A stretch of DNA of 64,000 nt, taken from NCBI GenBank assembly GCA_900016865.1, contig FIZI01000005.1, positions 37,895 to 101,894 of the forward strand, in the 5' to 3' direction. Within the stretch, counting starts at the first letter, position 1. Every line of letters starts with the position of its first letter. Shown in pieces: positions 54,437 to 64,000 of this stretch. Both the position numbers and the translations under genes were made by a program. The DNA is from an uncultured Clostridia bacterium. GTDB taxonomy: Bacteria > Bacillota > DTU014. The notes under the pieces were generated by a model. The model had not been told where the DNA came from. It saw nothing but the letters and a program-made list of their open reading frames with translations, and made no database searches.

Positions 54437-56071
54437 TCAGTTTTTCATCAAGCACCTAGTTATCCGCCCTTCGATCTCAAGAGCGATAGGTTCCGCAAAC
54501 GACTCTAGATACGCAACAAACGCATCAAGGTCATTAGCTACTACCATTGGGTTCCTGCCTTCCAAGAAGGCCGTAAAGCCATTGCCGCCGTAATACAGGA
54601 AGCTGTTAACGGCAACTGTATACACCTGCTCATCCCCAATCTGCGTGCCGTCTGATAGCGAAGCAGACACTATCCTATTGCCAATAGGCAAACTGTCGTC
54701 GTAGCAGTAGGTCATGCCTGACATTTGGAGAAACCTTACTTGGACTCCATCCTCCGTCTCCTGCCACTGCTGGTTGAGCGCGCTGAGGATCTGCTCACCG
54801 GTCATCTCGATCTTGACGATTTCATTGCCAAAAGGCAAGACAGCGTACAGTTGCCCCCATGTCAATATCCCGGGCTCCAAGTCCGAGCGCAGCCCGCCCG
54901 GGTTGACAAACGCAATCTGAGCTTTGGAGATCCACCTTTTCGAATCAGCAACCAGATTGCCGAGCACAGACTCACCCTGATCTCTGCCTTCCCTTCCAAG
55001 ACGGGTAGCGGCAACTGCGACCGGACGGTTGACCAATGCCTCCACAAGCGGCCTGTATCGATCAATCAAGGCCTCTATCCTAGGATCCGGCGGCCTCATG
55101 TCCGACCACACGGTCACCAGCTCTGCAGTAGACGACACGACGTCTCCTGTCGCCCTATCGATCAGTAAGTCTATGTCTACAAAGGCAGTGCCGTTAGAAT
55201 ACGCCTGTGTGACCAGCTTCCCATCGATGTAGCCGACATAGCCCTGGTGAGTGTGTGCGCTGATTATGACGTCGACAGAATCGTCTATGCCATGGGCCAG
55301 CTTGGCTATGGGCCCAACGATCTCACCTGACGAACTCACATACCCGCCTTCGTGTGCGAGAACTACAATAGCCTCCACACCTCTGTCTCTGACGATCTCT
55401 GCATAGGTGTTTATCACTTCGACCGGGTCGATGACCTTGAGGCCTTGAATGCCTGCCGGCGTCACAGAGGCCGGCAACTCCTCTGTAATGACGCAGATAA
55501 ATGCCACAGGGACTCCTTCGACCACTTTGACGACATACGGCGGGAAGACAGGGCCTCCGGTCTCAGCCGAGACTAGATTTGCGAGCCCGAGAGGAAACGA
55601 GCTGCCAGCGAAATAGCCCGAAACTTCATGAAACCCTCCATACTGAAGCCTGTACAGCTCGGCGATTCCCTCATCGAATTCATGGTTTCCCGGAACTCCC
55701 ACATCAAATCCCATGAAACTCAACACTTCGATAGTAGGCTGATCCTGCAACAGTCCTGAGATCGGAGGGCTCGCGCCAATCATATCGCCTGCATGCACCC
55801 TGAGAGTGTTGACAGCATCGGCCTCCCGCTCGAGCATGTACGTTGCGAGGTACGCAACGCCGCCAACAGGCCTGCCGTCAAGATACTCAGTCTGTTCGAT
55901 ATGCCCGTGCAGATCGTTTATGGCGAGTATCTGCAGACAAACCAGGCCATCCTCAGCAAACGCCAAGCCCGCATCTCCGGGCACCAGCCACGAGACTACC
56001 AACGCGATCAAAAGGCAAACCGCACTTAGTAGTCTAGCCCGCTTTTTCATCTTCGCACCCCCCGTCGGCAA
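54437..56071 (-). CDS. secreted bifunctional metallophosphatase/5'-nucleotidase (UshA/CpdB family)
   Basis: Signal peptide, NDLHG and GNHEFD metallophosphoesterase motifs and a C-terminal nucleotidase domain. Confidence 0.85.
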   Translation of the reverse strand: MPTGGAKMKKRARLLSAVCLLIALVVSWLVPGDAGLAFAEDGLVCLQILAINDLHGHIEQTEYLDGRPVGGVAYLATYMLEREADAVNTLRVHAGDMIGASPPISGLLQDQPTIEVLSFMGFDVGVPGNHEFDEGIAELYRLQYGGFHEVSGYFAGSSFPLGLANLVSAETGGPVFPPYVVKVVEGVPVAFICVITEELPASVTPAGIQGLKVIDPVEVINTYAEIVRDRGVEAIVVLAHEGGYVSSSGEIVGPIAKLAHGIDDSVDVIISAHTHQGYVGYIDGKLVTQAYSNGTAFVDIDLLIDRATGDVVSSTAELVTVWSDMRPPDPRIEALIDRYRPLVEALVNRPVAVAATRLGREGRDQGESVLGNLVADSKRWISKAQIAFVNPGGLRSDLEPGILTWGQLYAVLPFGNEIVKIEMTGEQILSALNQQWQETEDGVQVRFLQMSGMTYCYDDSLPIGNRIVSASLSDGTQIGDEQVYTVAVNSFLYYGGNGFTAFLEGRNPMVVANDLDAFVAYLESFAEPIALEIEGRITRCLMKN

Positions 56072-56089
56072 TACTGTGGCACGAATCCG

Positions 56090-56998
56090 TCAGTATTGAT
56101 ATGACCCCAGAACCTTGAGAGAAATAACCTTTTCGCTGAGCCTGTCCAACGATTCCTTGAGTGCGGCATCTGTCACAGTCCCTTCTACGTCGATGAAAAA
56201 CACGTAATCGCCGTAACCCTGGCGCGAAGGCCTTGACTCAATCCTTGTCAAGTTGATCTGTTTGGCTGCGAACACTCCAAGCAGCTCATACAGGCTTCCC
56301 GGCCTGTCGCGCTCTATTGCACAGACGATCGACGTCTTATACGGCAGTCCTGCCTCAACAAGCAGTGACTTCCGCTCGTTGTCCCCTTTCGATAAGACCA
56401 AAAACCGAGTCACATTGTTCTGCAAGTCCTGAATATCTCTAGCAACTATGTCCAGGCCGTAGATCGACGCACACTGCTCAGTGCCGATCGCAGCTAGCGG
56501 CAATGAGTTAACTGAGACGACCCTGGCTGCTTCTGCAGTGCTGGCTGTCTCGAACTGCTTGGCGTTCGGCAGGTGTTCCGAAAGGAACCTCCTGCACTGC
56601 GCCAGAGCCTGTGGGTGCGACAACACAGTCCCTACTGACGAGAGCTTGGTCCCGCGCTGCACCAAGAGGTGATGCCGGACAGACACAAGCACTTCTCGGA
56701 TGATCTCTGCCGAAGAGTCATGGAAGAGGATGTCCCAGGTAGGGCTAACCGATCCTTCGTAGGAGTTCTCGGCAGGTACAACCGCGTAGTCTATCTCTCC
56801 TGCGTCAACTGCAGAAATGAGAGCTGCTATCCCTTTGTAGGGACTGTAATGCACGCTGTACTGCACGGGCTCCCCCGGCTTGGGTGAAACGCTTGAACCG
56901 ACACTACGAGCTCCTTTTTCTAATAGTGTTCCGACTCTGCGGGCAGCTTCTTCGGAGAACGTGCCCATCGGTCCCAAGTACCCGATTTGTATGTTCAT
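56090..56998 (-). CDS. pheA: prephenate dehydratase with C-terminal ACT domain
   Basis: PDT domain with TRF(LVL) and an ESRP ACT motif. ATG 56998 (MNIQIGYLGPMGTFSEEA) has a GAGGTGA SD, one nt after the aroF stop. The track start 57076 is over-extended. Confidence 0.85.
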   Translation of the reverse strand: MNIQIGYLGPMGTFSEEAARRVGTLLEKGARSVGSSVSPKPGEPVQYSVHYSPYKGIAALISAVDAGEIDYAVVPAENSYEGSVSPTWDILFHDSSAEIIREVLVSVRHHLLVQRGTKLSSVGTVLSHPQALAQCRRFLSEHLPNAKQFETASTAEAARVVSVNSLPLAAIGTEQCASIYGLDIVARDIQDLQNNVTRFLVLSKGDNERKSLLVEAGLPYKTSIVCAIERDRPGSLYELLGVFAAKQINLTRIESRPSRQGYGDYVFFIDVEGTVTDAALKESLDRLSEKVISLKVLGSYQY

Positions 56999-56999
56999 C

Positions 57000-58058
57000 T
57001 CAATTATCACCTCGCAGACAGCCGATATCTTTGACTCTGCTTTCATCATCAGAGAAACGCAATGCCTGATACTCACGCCTCAGTCTCCGAGCGAGGACTT
57101 CGAACTCGTCAGGTGTTAGAGACTGAGGGCCGTCGGAAAGCGCCTCGTTTGGACTCGGATGCACCTCTACCATCACACCGTCCGCACCCGTTGCAAGAGC
57201 AGCTCTCGATAAAGGCATAACGAGTTTCCATCGGCCTGTCGCGTGGCTTGGGTCGACAATCACTGGCAAATGGCTCAACTCCTTGGCAAGAGCCACCGCA
57301 GACAGATCCAGAGTATTGCGGGTGTATGTCTCGTGCGTTCTGATTCCTCGCTCGCACAAGATCACGTCGTGGTTTCCTTCTGACATGATGTACTCGGCAG
57401 CCAGCAGCCACTCCTCAATCGTCGCAGACAACCCACGCTTGAGTACAACCGGACGGTCGACTCGGCCAATCGCCTTTAGCAGTGCAAAATTCTGCATATT
57501 CCTGGCTCCTATCTGCAAGATGTCGCAGTAGTCCGCAACCATGCTGACGTCCTCAGGACTGACTACCTCTGTGACAACAGGCAGTCCCGTAGCTTCCCTC
57601 GCCTCTGCCAAGAGCTTCAGCCCACTCTCCTTTAGGCCCTGGAAGCTATATGGCGAGGTTCTAGGCTTGAACGCTCCTCCTCTCAAGATCGTGGCGCCGG
57701 CAGCTTTGACCCTGAGCGCCACCTCCAATAGCTGCTCTCTGCTCTCAACTGCACAAGGCCCGGCTATGAGCGTGAACGCTCCCCCACCTACGCGAGTTGC
57801 GCCCACTTCTACTACTGTGTCCTCTGGCCTAACCTCCCTCCCACACAGTTTGAAGGGCTGCAGGACGGGTGACACGTGTTCAACAAAAGGCATATAGCGC
57901 AAGTCTGCAAGCCGGTCTCGCCTGCCGTTGCCTATGGCTATTACCTGGCTCCTCCCGTTGCCGTCTATCACGTGAGGATCGAATCCGAGGCTGCTCAACA
58001 TCTCCTTGACAGCTGCAATGGACTCCTCCGGGCAGCCGCTAGTCATAACGACCTTCAC
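57000..58058 (-). CDS. aroF: 3-deoxy-7-phosphoheptulonate (DAHP) synthase, class I-beta with N-terminal ferredoxin-like regulatory domain
   Basis: KDO8PS-like (beta/alpha)8 core ([28 protein letters not shown]) with an N-terminal ~70-aa ACT/FL domain as in Thermotoga-type DAHPS. Confidence 0.85.
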   Translation of the reverse strand: MKVVMTSGCPEESIAAVKEMLSSLGFDPHVIDGNGRSQVIAIGNGRRDRLADLRYMPFVEHVSPVLQPFKLCGREVRPEDTVVEVGATRVGGGAFTLIAGPCAVESREQLLEVALRVKAAGATILRGGAFKPRTSPYSFQGLKESGLKLLAEAREATGLPVVTEVVSPEDVSMVADYCDILQIGARNMQNFALLKAIGRVDRPVVLKRGLSATIEEWLLAAEYIMSEGNHDVILCERGIRTHETYTRNTLDLSAVALAKELSHLPVIVDPSHATGRWKLVMPLSRAALATGADGVMVEVHPSPNEALSDGPQSLTPDEFEVLARRLRREYQALRFSDDESRVKDIGCLRGDN

Positions 58059-58147
58059 TGCTCACCTACTCCCTTCTTCTTGAGCATATGTGAGTTAGGC
58101 CCTACATGAGCTGCAACGCACTTCGATCAAGACGTACTTCCAACAAC

Positions 58148-58517
58148 CAAAAAAGCCCTTCGTCCTAAGGACGAAGGGCCTAACCCTCCGCGGTACCACC
58201 TTGGTTGATCTACAACTCAAACGAGATCCGCTCGATAGAGTACGGGACATGCTCCACGAGAGTCGCCTTCGCAAGCTCTCCAGCGGACACATCCGATACC
58301 CCCTTCCCTGTAACGGAGGAAGCTGCCGTCGAGGCCTACTACTCAGCATCCCTGGCTGGGACGCCGGATTCAGCCTGAGACTCCGGAGCGAACTTCGGAC
58401 TGGTTCATCGCATCGGGCTCCCACCCCGGCTGCTGCCGGCCCCGACTCTCTGGTGCGACTACACAGCCTACTTTGCTCCTTCATAGTCTGTGAACAAATA
58501 TGGCAACAACTGAATTT
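58148..58517 (-). promoter_or_regulatory. T-box riboswitch leader controlling aroF-pheA
   Basis: Minus-strand RNA contains the AGAGAG stem-I base motif. It contains the T-box sequence AACCAAGGUGGUACCGCGGAGG (58186-58207 rc), immediately followed by the terminator GCCCUUCGUCC-uuag-GGACGAAGGGC-UUUUUU (58148-58181). Confidence 0.75.
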
Positions 58518-58523
58518 AGAGTC

Positions 58524-58552
58524 ATTCTACCACAGCAAGTGCATGCGGTCAA
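58524..58552 (-). promoter_or_regulatory. promoter of T-box leader (TTGACC-17-TAGAAT, extended TG)
   Basis: Minus strand TTGACC (58547-58552 rc), a 17-nt spacer and TAGAAT (58524-58529 rc) with an upstream TG. Confidence 0.5.
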
Positions 58553-58601
58553 CGGATGTGCTTGCGCTGATAATGCACCGGAGTCGTCCTCAGGATGCCC
58601 T

Positions 58602-59831
58602 CTACCCTTTGATCACCGCTATCGGACGCACAGTCCTGATCGGTTTGACCAAGTCACGCTCGTAGGCCAGCACTTCATCGATGTCCTTGTATGCTTCGAT
58701 GAACTCATCGACCACAGCGTGGCTCTTGGGAGTGCCGAGCACGACGTCACGAGCCGACAGATCTCTCATCATTTGATCGACAGTAAACCTACGCTTGGCC
58801 TCGTTGCGGCTCATGACACGGCCTGCGCCATGAGATGCAGACTCAAAGGACTCTGGATTTCCGAGGCCCTCGACAAAGTAGCTCTTGCCGCCCATAGCTC
58901 CAGGGATAATGCCCTTTTCGCCTTTTTTTGCGCGAATCGCACCCTTCCTGTGGACGACCACTTCTTCACCGTAGTGTCTCTCGATCGACGCGTAGTTGTG
59001 ATGACACTGCACTACCTGCCTCACATTTGCAGTGACCGAGGCGTGCTTGGACAGGCGTTCTTGAACGATCTCTGTCGCGATTTGCATCATCACAGACCTA
59101 TTCTTCGCAGCAAACCGGAGTGCGAGGTCCATCCACTTGAGGTACATCCGGCCGAGCTCGTGTTCTGTTGGGAGATACGCCAACTGCCAGCTAGCCGGGA
59201 CCTCGCTCTTCATTTGTTCGTTGAGTTTTTTCGCCAGGTTGTTAAACGTGTTTGCGACTTTGTAACCGAAGTTCCGGCTGCCGCTGTGAACCATGATCAC
59301 GAGCTCGCCGGTTGACCCATCCTCCTGCAGTTCTATGAAGTGATTGCCACCGCCAAGGGTGCCACACTGATACGGGGCACTCTCCCACTCCTTGCACAAC
59401 GACTTGATCTCGCACATATCGGCTGTCGGAGACATCTCCGGATCGATTGGCCGCTTCCTGTGTTCAAATCCCAGTGGGATTGCACGCATGATATCCCCTG
59501 TGAGAGCCTGAGCAAGCGTTCCGCTGCCTGTCTTGACTTCTCTCAGCAGCTTCGCAGGTGCATCGAGCACTGAGCCAATCAGGCCGCATCCGATGTCTAC
59601 TCCGACTGCGTTCGGTATCACCGCACCCTTTGCAGCTATGACTCCTCCGATAGGCATTCCGTAGCCCTCGTGTACATCAGGCATGAGTGCGACATGGCTC
59701 ACCAAAAACGGAAGCCTTGAAAGGTTTAGCGCCTGAGCCATAGCTCCCGACTCAATATCGTCAGCAGACTCCAACCAAGCCTTGATAGGTACTCTCTGGA
59801 CGCTACGATCAAAGATGGTGATCATCTGCAC
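58602..59831 (-). CDS. rtcB: RNA 3'-phosphate/5'-OH ligase RtcB
   Basis: GGNHFIE, CHHN and SHGAGR metal/GTP-binding motifs, 409 aa. Confidence 0.9.
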   Translation of the reverse strand: MQMITIFDRSVQRVPIKAWLESADDIESGAMAQALNLSRLPFLVSHVALMPDVHEGYGMPIGGVIAAKGAVIPNAVGVDIGCGLIGSVLDAPAKLLREVKTGSGTLAQALTGDIMRAIPLGFEHRKRPIDPEMSPTADMCEIKSLCKEWESAPYQCGTLGGGNHFIELQEDGSTGELVIMVHSGSRNFGYKVANTFNNLAKKLNEQMKSEVPASWQLAYLPTEHELGRMYLKWMDLALRFAAKNRSVMMQIATEIVQERLSKHASVTANVRQVVQCHHNYASIERHYGEEVVVHRKGAIRAKKGEKGIIPGAMGGKSYFVEGLGNPESFESASHGAGRVMSRNEAKRRFTVDQMMRDLSARDVVLGTPKSHAVVDEFIEAYKDIDEVLAYERDLVKPIRTVRPIAVIKG

Positions 59832-59858
59832 GAACTCCTTTGTCTGTTGCTAGTTTCT

Positions 59859-61559
59859 CTACTCTAAGCTTATCACGAAGTGGCAAACCGACAAAGCCGG
59901 AAGCGTGTATTGGAAAGCCTTATCTTCGAGTTCCATGGGCGAATCAAGCTTCCTTATGTCGGGAGATCCACTGTCAAACGCCCAAACCTCAATATCGGCT
60001 ATCTTGCGGTCAGTGGCGATCGTAAAGAACGAATCCGCCAAAGGCTCCTTCGTCTTGTTCAACGCAATAATGTGCACTTTCTGCACTCCGCTGCCTTCTT
60101 CTGTCTGATCCGCAGCACTCGTTGTTGCAGCGTACACAGATGTCTTGGCAACGTCTGAACTGGTCGCTTTCAAGCTCACATCGCCGAACGTCGACATGTT
60201 ACCGTCGTAGTTGCGATAGATTCTATAGGCAGCAGCAACGTAGTCTACCTTCTGACTCACCTGCCAGAAGTTCGCGGCATATACTCCATACCTCCCAAAG
60301 ATACCCAAGGTATCTGCCATTGCGATACCGCCAGAGATGTGGTCTTCGGCCCCATAAGAGAACTCTGTTATGGCGAGTTTGGTCCCCGGGTAGTACTTCT
60401 CTATGGACGCCAGGACCCGCGGCAGCAATGCTATAGCACCTTGGCGAGTAGTCCCGACACCTGGGATCTCCCTGGAGTGCGCTCTCCATTGGCTTATCCA
60501 GCTATCCTCCACGTACTCCAGGTCCCACAGCGAACGGGGCGCCTGCAAGCGCGCAGCGACGTTTTTTTCAGAAGTCGCATTGCTCTCAAATACGATCCGG
60601 TTGTCTCCGCGGGCTTCAGGATACCAATGCAGATCCAGCACATCCAGCAATCGCCTCCCTGCCGTCTCAGACGCCTTCCTCATCTCGTCGAGGTAGTAAT
60701 CTATGAACCAGGAATAGCCCTTGCCAAGCTTAACGCGGTTCCAGTCGGGAGCATCCTGGAAGGTGTCAAACGCCGCAAACCCATAGAGCACAGGACCAAA
60801 GATTTCGGCATAGGGATCCACGTCTTTGACAGCAGACGCGAGCTCGATGGTTTTTTGGACTATCTCTTCACACGTCGTCTTGTGCGGATGTATGCGCGGA
60901 TGCGTATGCGGCCACAGTGCGGGCTCGTTGTCTATCGAGTATCCCTTGACACCAGTCGGCGTCGATGCGTCTCCATACTTGGTGACAAGGAAGTTAACCA
61001 GCTCGTCCATGTAAACGTAGTCATCGAATCTGCTCGGTTTCAAGCTGAATGGTTCGCCTTTTCTAGACTTAACCTCCTTCCACCTCTTGGAAGGGGCTGT
61101 CTCGGCCTCACTGACAGGCCCTTGACGGTCAGCAGCGACGTACCCCGCAGCCTGGAGGGTCACTATAGTGTACGATGCGCCCATCTCCAACGACTTCTCG
61201 TGGAAGTCCATGAGGGCCTTCGCTGGCTCAACGCTCGAGGACAGATAGCCATCGCTAGAATGATACCAATCAGCGCCTGCATTGGACGCGTTTGTCTCCC
61301 AGTTGTAGCCCGTAAGTCTGTTGCCTCCGTATCGCTGCGACTCGATATTCTCCTGAGGCCCCAGGGTGTGGAAATTGGTGCCGTAGATATACGGGCTGAT
61401 GCGGTGGCCCGGTTCCGTGGCGTCTACGAAGAACTGAACAGATGCGGACGCGATACGCGGCAGGGCAACGTCAACGATCAACAAGATAGCGGGCACAAAT
61501 GCACAGGCCATCGCCAGGAGTGCAACGGTTCTCACAGTACTCACCCCCAACGGTTTCAA
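59859..61559 (-). CDS. secreted clan GH-A glycoside hydrolase (GH44-like endoglucanase/xyloglucanase candidate)
   Basis: N-terminal signal/anchor. IDNEPALW (acid/base NEP) and AITEFSYG (nucleophile TE) motifs. GGNRLTGYNWETNASNAGADWY resembles GH44. Confidence 0.55.
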   Translation of the reverse strand: MKPLGVSTVRTVALLAMACAFVPAILLIVDVALPRIASASVQFFVDATEPGHRISPYIYGTNFHTLGPQENIESQRYGGNRLTGYNWETNASNAGADWYHSSDGYLSSSVEPAKALMDFHEKSLEMGASYTIVTLQAAGYVAADRQGPVSEAETAPSKRWKEVKSRKGEPFSLKPSRFDDYVYMDELVNFLVTKYGDASTPTGVKGYSIDNEPALWPHTHPRIHPHKTTCEEIVQKTIELASAVKDVDPYAEIFGPVLYGFAAFDTFQDAPDWNRVKLGKGYSWFIDYYLDEMRKASETAGRRLLDVLDLHWYPEARGDNRIVFESNATSEKNVAARLQAPRSLWDLEYVEDSWISQWRAHSREIPGVGTTRQGAIALLPRVLASIEKYYPGTKLAITEFSYGAEDHISGGIAMADTLGIFGRYGVYAANFWQVSQKVDYVAAAYRIYRNYDGNMSTFGDVSLKATSSDVAKTSVYAATTSAADQTEEGSGVQKVHIIALNKTKEPLADSFFTIATDRKIADIEVWAFDSGSPDIRKLDSPMELEDKAFQYTLPALSVCHFVISLE

Positions 61560-61655
61560 AGTCAGTTGTTCTTGCTTTCAAAGGATAACAGGGCGCCGCA
61601 CCTCGCGGCGCCCTGCTGCAGTAGGTTGGGAACCACGACACTTGCCAAAGCAGCC

Positions 61656-62903
61656 TTACTGCTTGAACAGATCGTCGATCTGCGACTGGATCTGAGGATA
61701 GATCTCGTCGATGTACGCGGCTGCGCTCTTTTCGCCGTTGAACACGGGATCCAGCGGGATGGTGAGCGTGCCCTCCATGATGTCAAACTCACCCTCCCAG
61801 TTCTCGATTCCTTCCATCATGATCTGCGCGGACTTCTCATCCCTGACCCACCATGGAATCCACTGGTCAAACATAGTCATTTCATGCCATTCGGCGGACG
61901 GCGCTATGTAGTTGACCAAAGCGATCAGCTTCTCAGGCTCTTTCGCGTTAGCTGGCAAGTAGAACATACAGACTTTGTCCGTCGGGAACACGTATTTCGT
62001 TGCATTCGGACCCTTTGGCAGTGGGACTACTCCATAGTTCAGCTCTGTTCCCATGAGCGTCCAGAACTGCCAGCTGATCACGCCAGTCATTGCCCTAGTG
62101 CCCGCCAGGAACTCTCTGATATCCCAGGTGCCTTGAGAGACCTTGAGAAGGGTTCTCCAGCGGTACACAAGGTTGATAGCCTCGAGTGCCTCGGGTTGGT
62201 TGAACGCGAACACAAACTGGCCATCAACGAGGTCGACAGTACGAGCGCCGTTTGGAATGAGCGTGAAGAGCGTCCTCATCTCGCCAATGCCGTACTGGTC
62301 GATCTCTCCGTCATTATCCGTGTCCTTGGTAGCCATCAACGCTATCTCCTCAACCTTGTCCCAAGTCCACTCGCCCTTATCATACAACTCGTAAGGATCC
62401 GGGAGACCGTCTCTCTCAAATATGTCCTTGTTGAACACCCAGAACACCATGTCGTTGAGCACTGGTATCCAGGAGTGGAACGCGTAAGTCTTGCCATCCA
62501 TCTTGAGCTTGTTAATCCGCTCTATTATGCTCGGATCGAGATAGTCAAAATGGTCTGCCGGCAGCATCTCGTCCACAGCCAACACTGCATTGTTGCTGAC
62601 GAGTTGCACGAAATGCGGATGCCCCATCATCCATACATCGTAATCAGAGTCACCGGACAGCAGCCTTGCCATCGCCATTTCAGTGTAGCTATCCCAGTCC
62701 ACAACCTGCATCTCGAACTTGAAGTTGAACAGTTCCTCAGCTTCAGCCACAACATCGGCGTCGAGAGGGTTATTCGGATCGTAGTAGAGGAACGTAATAG
62801 TCTTTCCTCCGAAGTCGAGATTGTCATAGTCGTAAGCCATGCTGACACTCGCACACGCTACTATGACCGTCAAGACGATCATCAACGACAACCTTGCCTT
62901 CAC
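61656..62903 (-). CDS. carbohydrate ABC transporter substrate-binding protein (SBP family 1)
   Basis: Signal peptide plus lipobox-like start, 415 aa with SBP-1 pattern, adjacent to sugar permease genes. Confidence 0.7.
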   Translation of the reverse strand: MKARLSLMIVLTVIVACASVSMAYDYDNLDFGGKTITFLYYDPNNPLDADVVAEAEELFNFKFEMQVVDWDSYTEMAMARLLSGDSDYDVWMMGHPHFVQLVSNNAVLAVDEMLPADHFDYLDPSIIERINKLKMDGKTYAFHSWIPVLNDMVFWVFNKDIFERDGLPDPYELYDKGEWTWDKVEEIALMATKDTDNDGEIDQYGIGEMRTLFTLIPNGARTVDLVDGQFVFAFNQPEALEAINLVYRWRTLLKVSQGTWDIREFLAGTRAMTGVISWQFWTLMGTELNYGVVPLPKGPNATKYVFPTDKVCMFYLPANAKEPEKLIALVNYIAPSAEWHEMTMFDQWIPWWVRDEKSAQIMMEGIENWEGEFDIMEGTLTIPLDPVFNGEKSAAAYIDEIYPQIQSQIDDLFKQ

Positions 62904-63017
62904 TTCAACTTACCTCCTTCTTTGTTATGCCTTGCTTTCGCCCGAAGCTACTTCAAGATTCCACATCGATCAATAGCTACACCCTTTCTGATAACCACCT
63001 CCCGGCAAGACAGGCCT

Positions 63018-63959
63018 TCACCCAACTAGTCCAGTTCTCTCCACGCTCTCAATGAAGTATCTCTGCAGCACTATATACAGAGTGACCAGCGGCGCAATGA
63101 GTAGAAGACTCCCTGCGTTATTAAGCAAAGAACCATAAGCCCTCATGACATGCTCAGTTCCTGCAACCGTCAGATCTCGCGAATACTCACCGGTAAGCTG
63201 TGCCAGCGCATTTGGAAGCAAGTGTCTGTTTCCGGCGAATATGTTGACAAAGAAGTAGTCATTCCACTGCCAGACGAAGGCAAAAAGGAAGACGACGACC
63301 ATAGCAGGCACGGCGCTTGGAAGCATCACGGAGAAAAACGTTCGGAAGACTCCCGCGCCGTCTATGTAAGCAGCCTCTTCAAGGTCCCTCGACATACCTC
63401 TAAAATACTGCCGCATGATATACACAAAGAGTCCGTTTTTCACACCAGTAGCAGTCGAAGCCATAAGCACCAGCGGCCAGTAAGTGCCCAAGAGATTTAG
63501 CTGCATTTCCTTAGCCAAACCGAAGAAATCGAAATAGCGATAGTTCAGATACAGAGGGATCATGATCATCTGAGGTGGAACCACCAGAGTGAACAGCACA
63601 GCCGCGAATAGAACCTCCCGGCCTCTCCAATCAAACCTCGCAAACCCGTATCCCACGACTGTGCAGCTTGCAAGCTGAAGCAGGCTCAGGCCCAAGGTAA
63701 GAGCGAGGGAGTTCACAAACGCAGACGGATATTTCATGTATTTGATCGCGTTTCTGTAGTTGTCCAAAGTGAAGTGCTTCGGTATCCAATGAACAGTCTT
63801 GTCGAATATGTCAATCTCAGCCATGAATGACGTAGCGATCTTCGCCAAGAGAGGAAACAAGATTGCATAAGAGACCCCGATCAACACCCCCAGGCGACCT
63901 AGACTTACCAGCAGGCCACCGAGATTGCGGGGGGTAAACAGTTTTTGCAGCCTCTCCAA
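63018..63959 (-). CDS. carbohydrate ABC transporter permease (MalG-like)
   Basis: EAA loop LEEAAYIDGAGVFRTF and 6 TM segments. A partner permease probably lies beyond the window end. Confidence 0.8.
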   Translation of the reverse strand: MERLQKLFTPRNLGGLLVSLGRLGVLIGVSYAILFPLLAKIATSFMAEIDIFDKTVHWIPKHFTLDNYRNAIKYMKYPSAFVNSLALTLGLSLLQLASCTVVGYGFARFDWRGREVLFAAVLFTLVVPPQMIMIPLYLNYRYFDFFGLAKEMQLNLLGTYWPLVLMASTATGVKNGLFVYIMRQYFRGMSRDLEEAAYIDGAGVFRTFFSVMLPSAVPAMVVVFLFAFVWQWNDYFFVNIFAGNRHLLPNALAQLTGEYSRDLTVAGTEHVMRAYGSLLNNAGSLLLIAPLVTLYIVLQRYFIESVERTGLVG

Positions 63960-64000
63960 CGCTGCCTTAGCCGGAGTCTGTTGGAACCTTGCGCCTATGC

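Noticed and set aside
58095-58484. 129-aa Arg/Ser-rich ORF (minus strand)
   Set aside because: It lies entirely within the T-box leader RNA of aroF-pheA. Its composition is typical of translating GC-rich structured RNA, and it has no RBS.
60339-63029. 896-aa plus-strand ORF spanning two genes
   Set aside because: It is antisense to the glycoside hydrolase and SBP genes, which have clear homology. Long antisense ORFs are a GC-skew artefact. The same applies to 26838-28421 (antisense to nrdJ) and 22426-23091 (antisense to the aminotransferase).

Overview
This 64-kb window is mostly core chromosome from a moderately GC-rich, spore-forming Firmicute. The tig-clpP-clpX-lonB-lon block has the Clostridia-type layout, and spore-specific genes are present (alpha/beta-type SASP, LonB).

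Gene content in map order (orientation given in the features list):
- A 7TM HD-GYP c-di-GMP phosphodiesterase, a SASP and a secreted DUF4139 protein.
- accA and accD.
- A complete trpE-D-C-F-B-A operon, preceded by the TRAP (mtrB) gene. The trpE leader carries a GAG/TAG-repeat TRAP site and an attenuator terminator. No trpG is present.
- Malic enzyme and a missed 49-aa zinc-ribbon sORF.
- valS, and a serC-like/serA/DUF1015 cluster.
- An EF-G paralog next to a signal-peptidase-like gene. Both appear to carry substitutions at catalytic positions.
- Class II ribonucleotide reductase nrdJ with tandem NrdR boxes.
- lon, lonB, clpX, clpP, tig.
- A truncated MurF-like ligase divergent from an IMPDH-family CBS protein, then PFOR (nifJ-type).
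- An oppDFABC-type peptide ABC operon.
- A TepA/ClpP-like protein.
- An ABC-F ATPase whose leader has a 4-codon uORF plus terminator (antibiotic-resistance-type attenuator).
- DegV and a 5'-nucleotidase.
- An aroF(DAHP synthase)-pheA operon behind a T-box riboswitch.
- rtcB.
- A clan-A glycoside hydrolase with a sugar ABC importer.

The most unusual sequence-level observations:
- A family of three ~125-nt conserved intergenic repeats with covarying hairpins (6641-6770, 15364-15484 inverted, 51361-51485).
- The adjacent pseudo-enzyme-like pair: EF-G with DTPGY in place of DTPGH, and a SipW/LexA-like protein with AMAP in place of SMEP.

Several ORF-track starts are over-extended into leader RNAs (trpE, nrdJ, trpB, the IMPDH-family gene, ABC-F, pheA). 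The 129-aa ORF at the window start may be 5'-truncated by the window edge. A further permease gene probably continues beyond position 64000.
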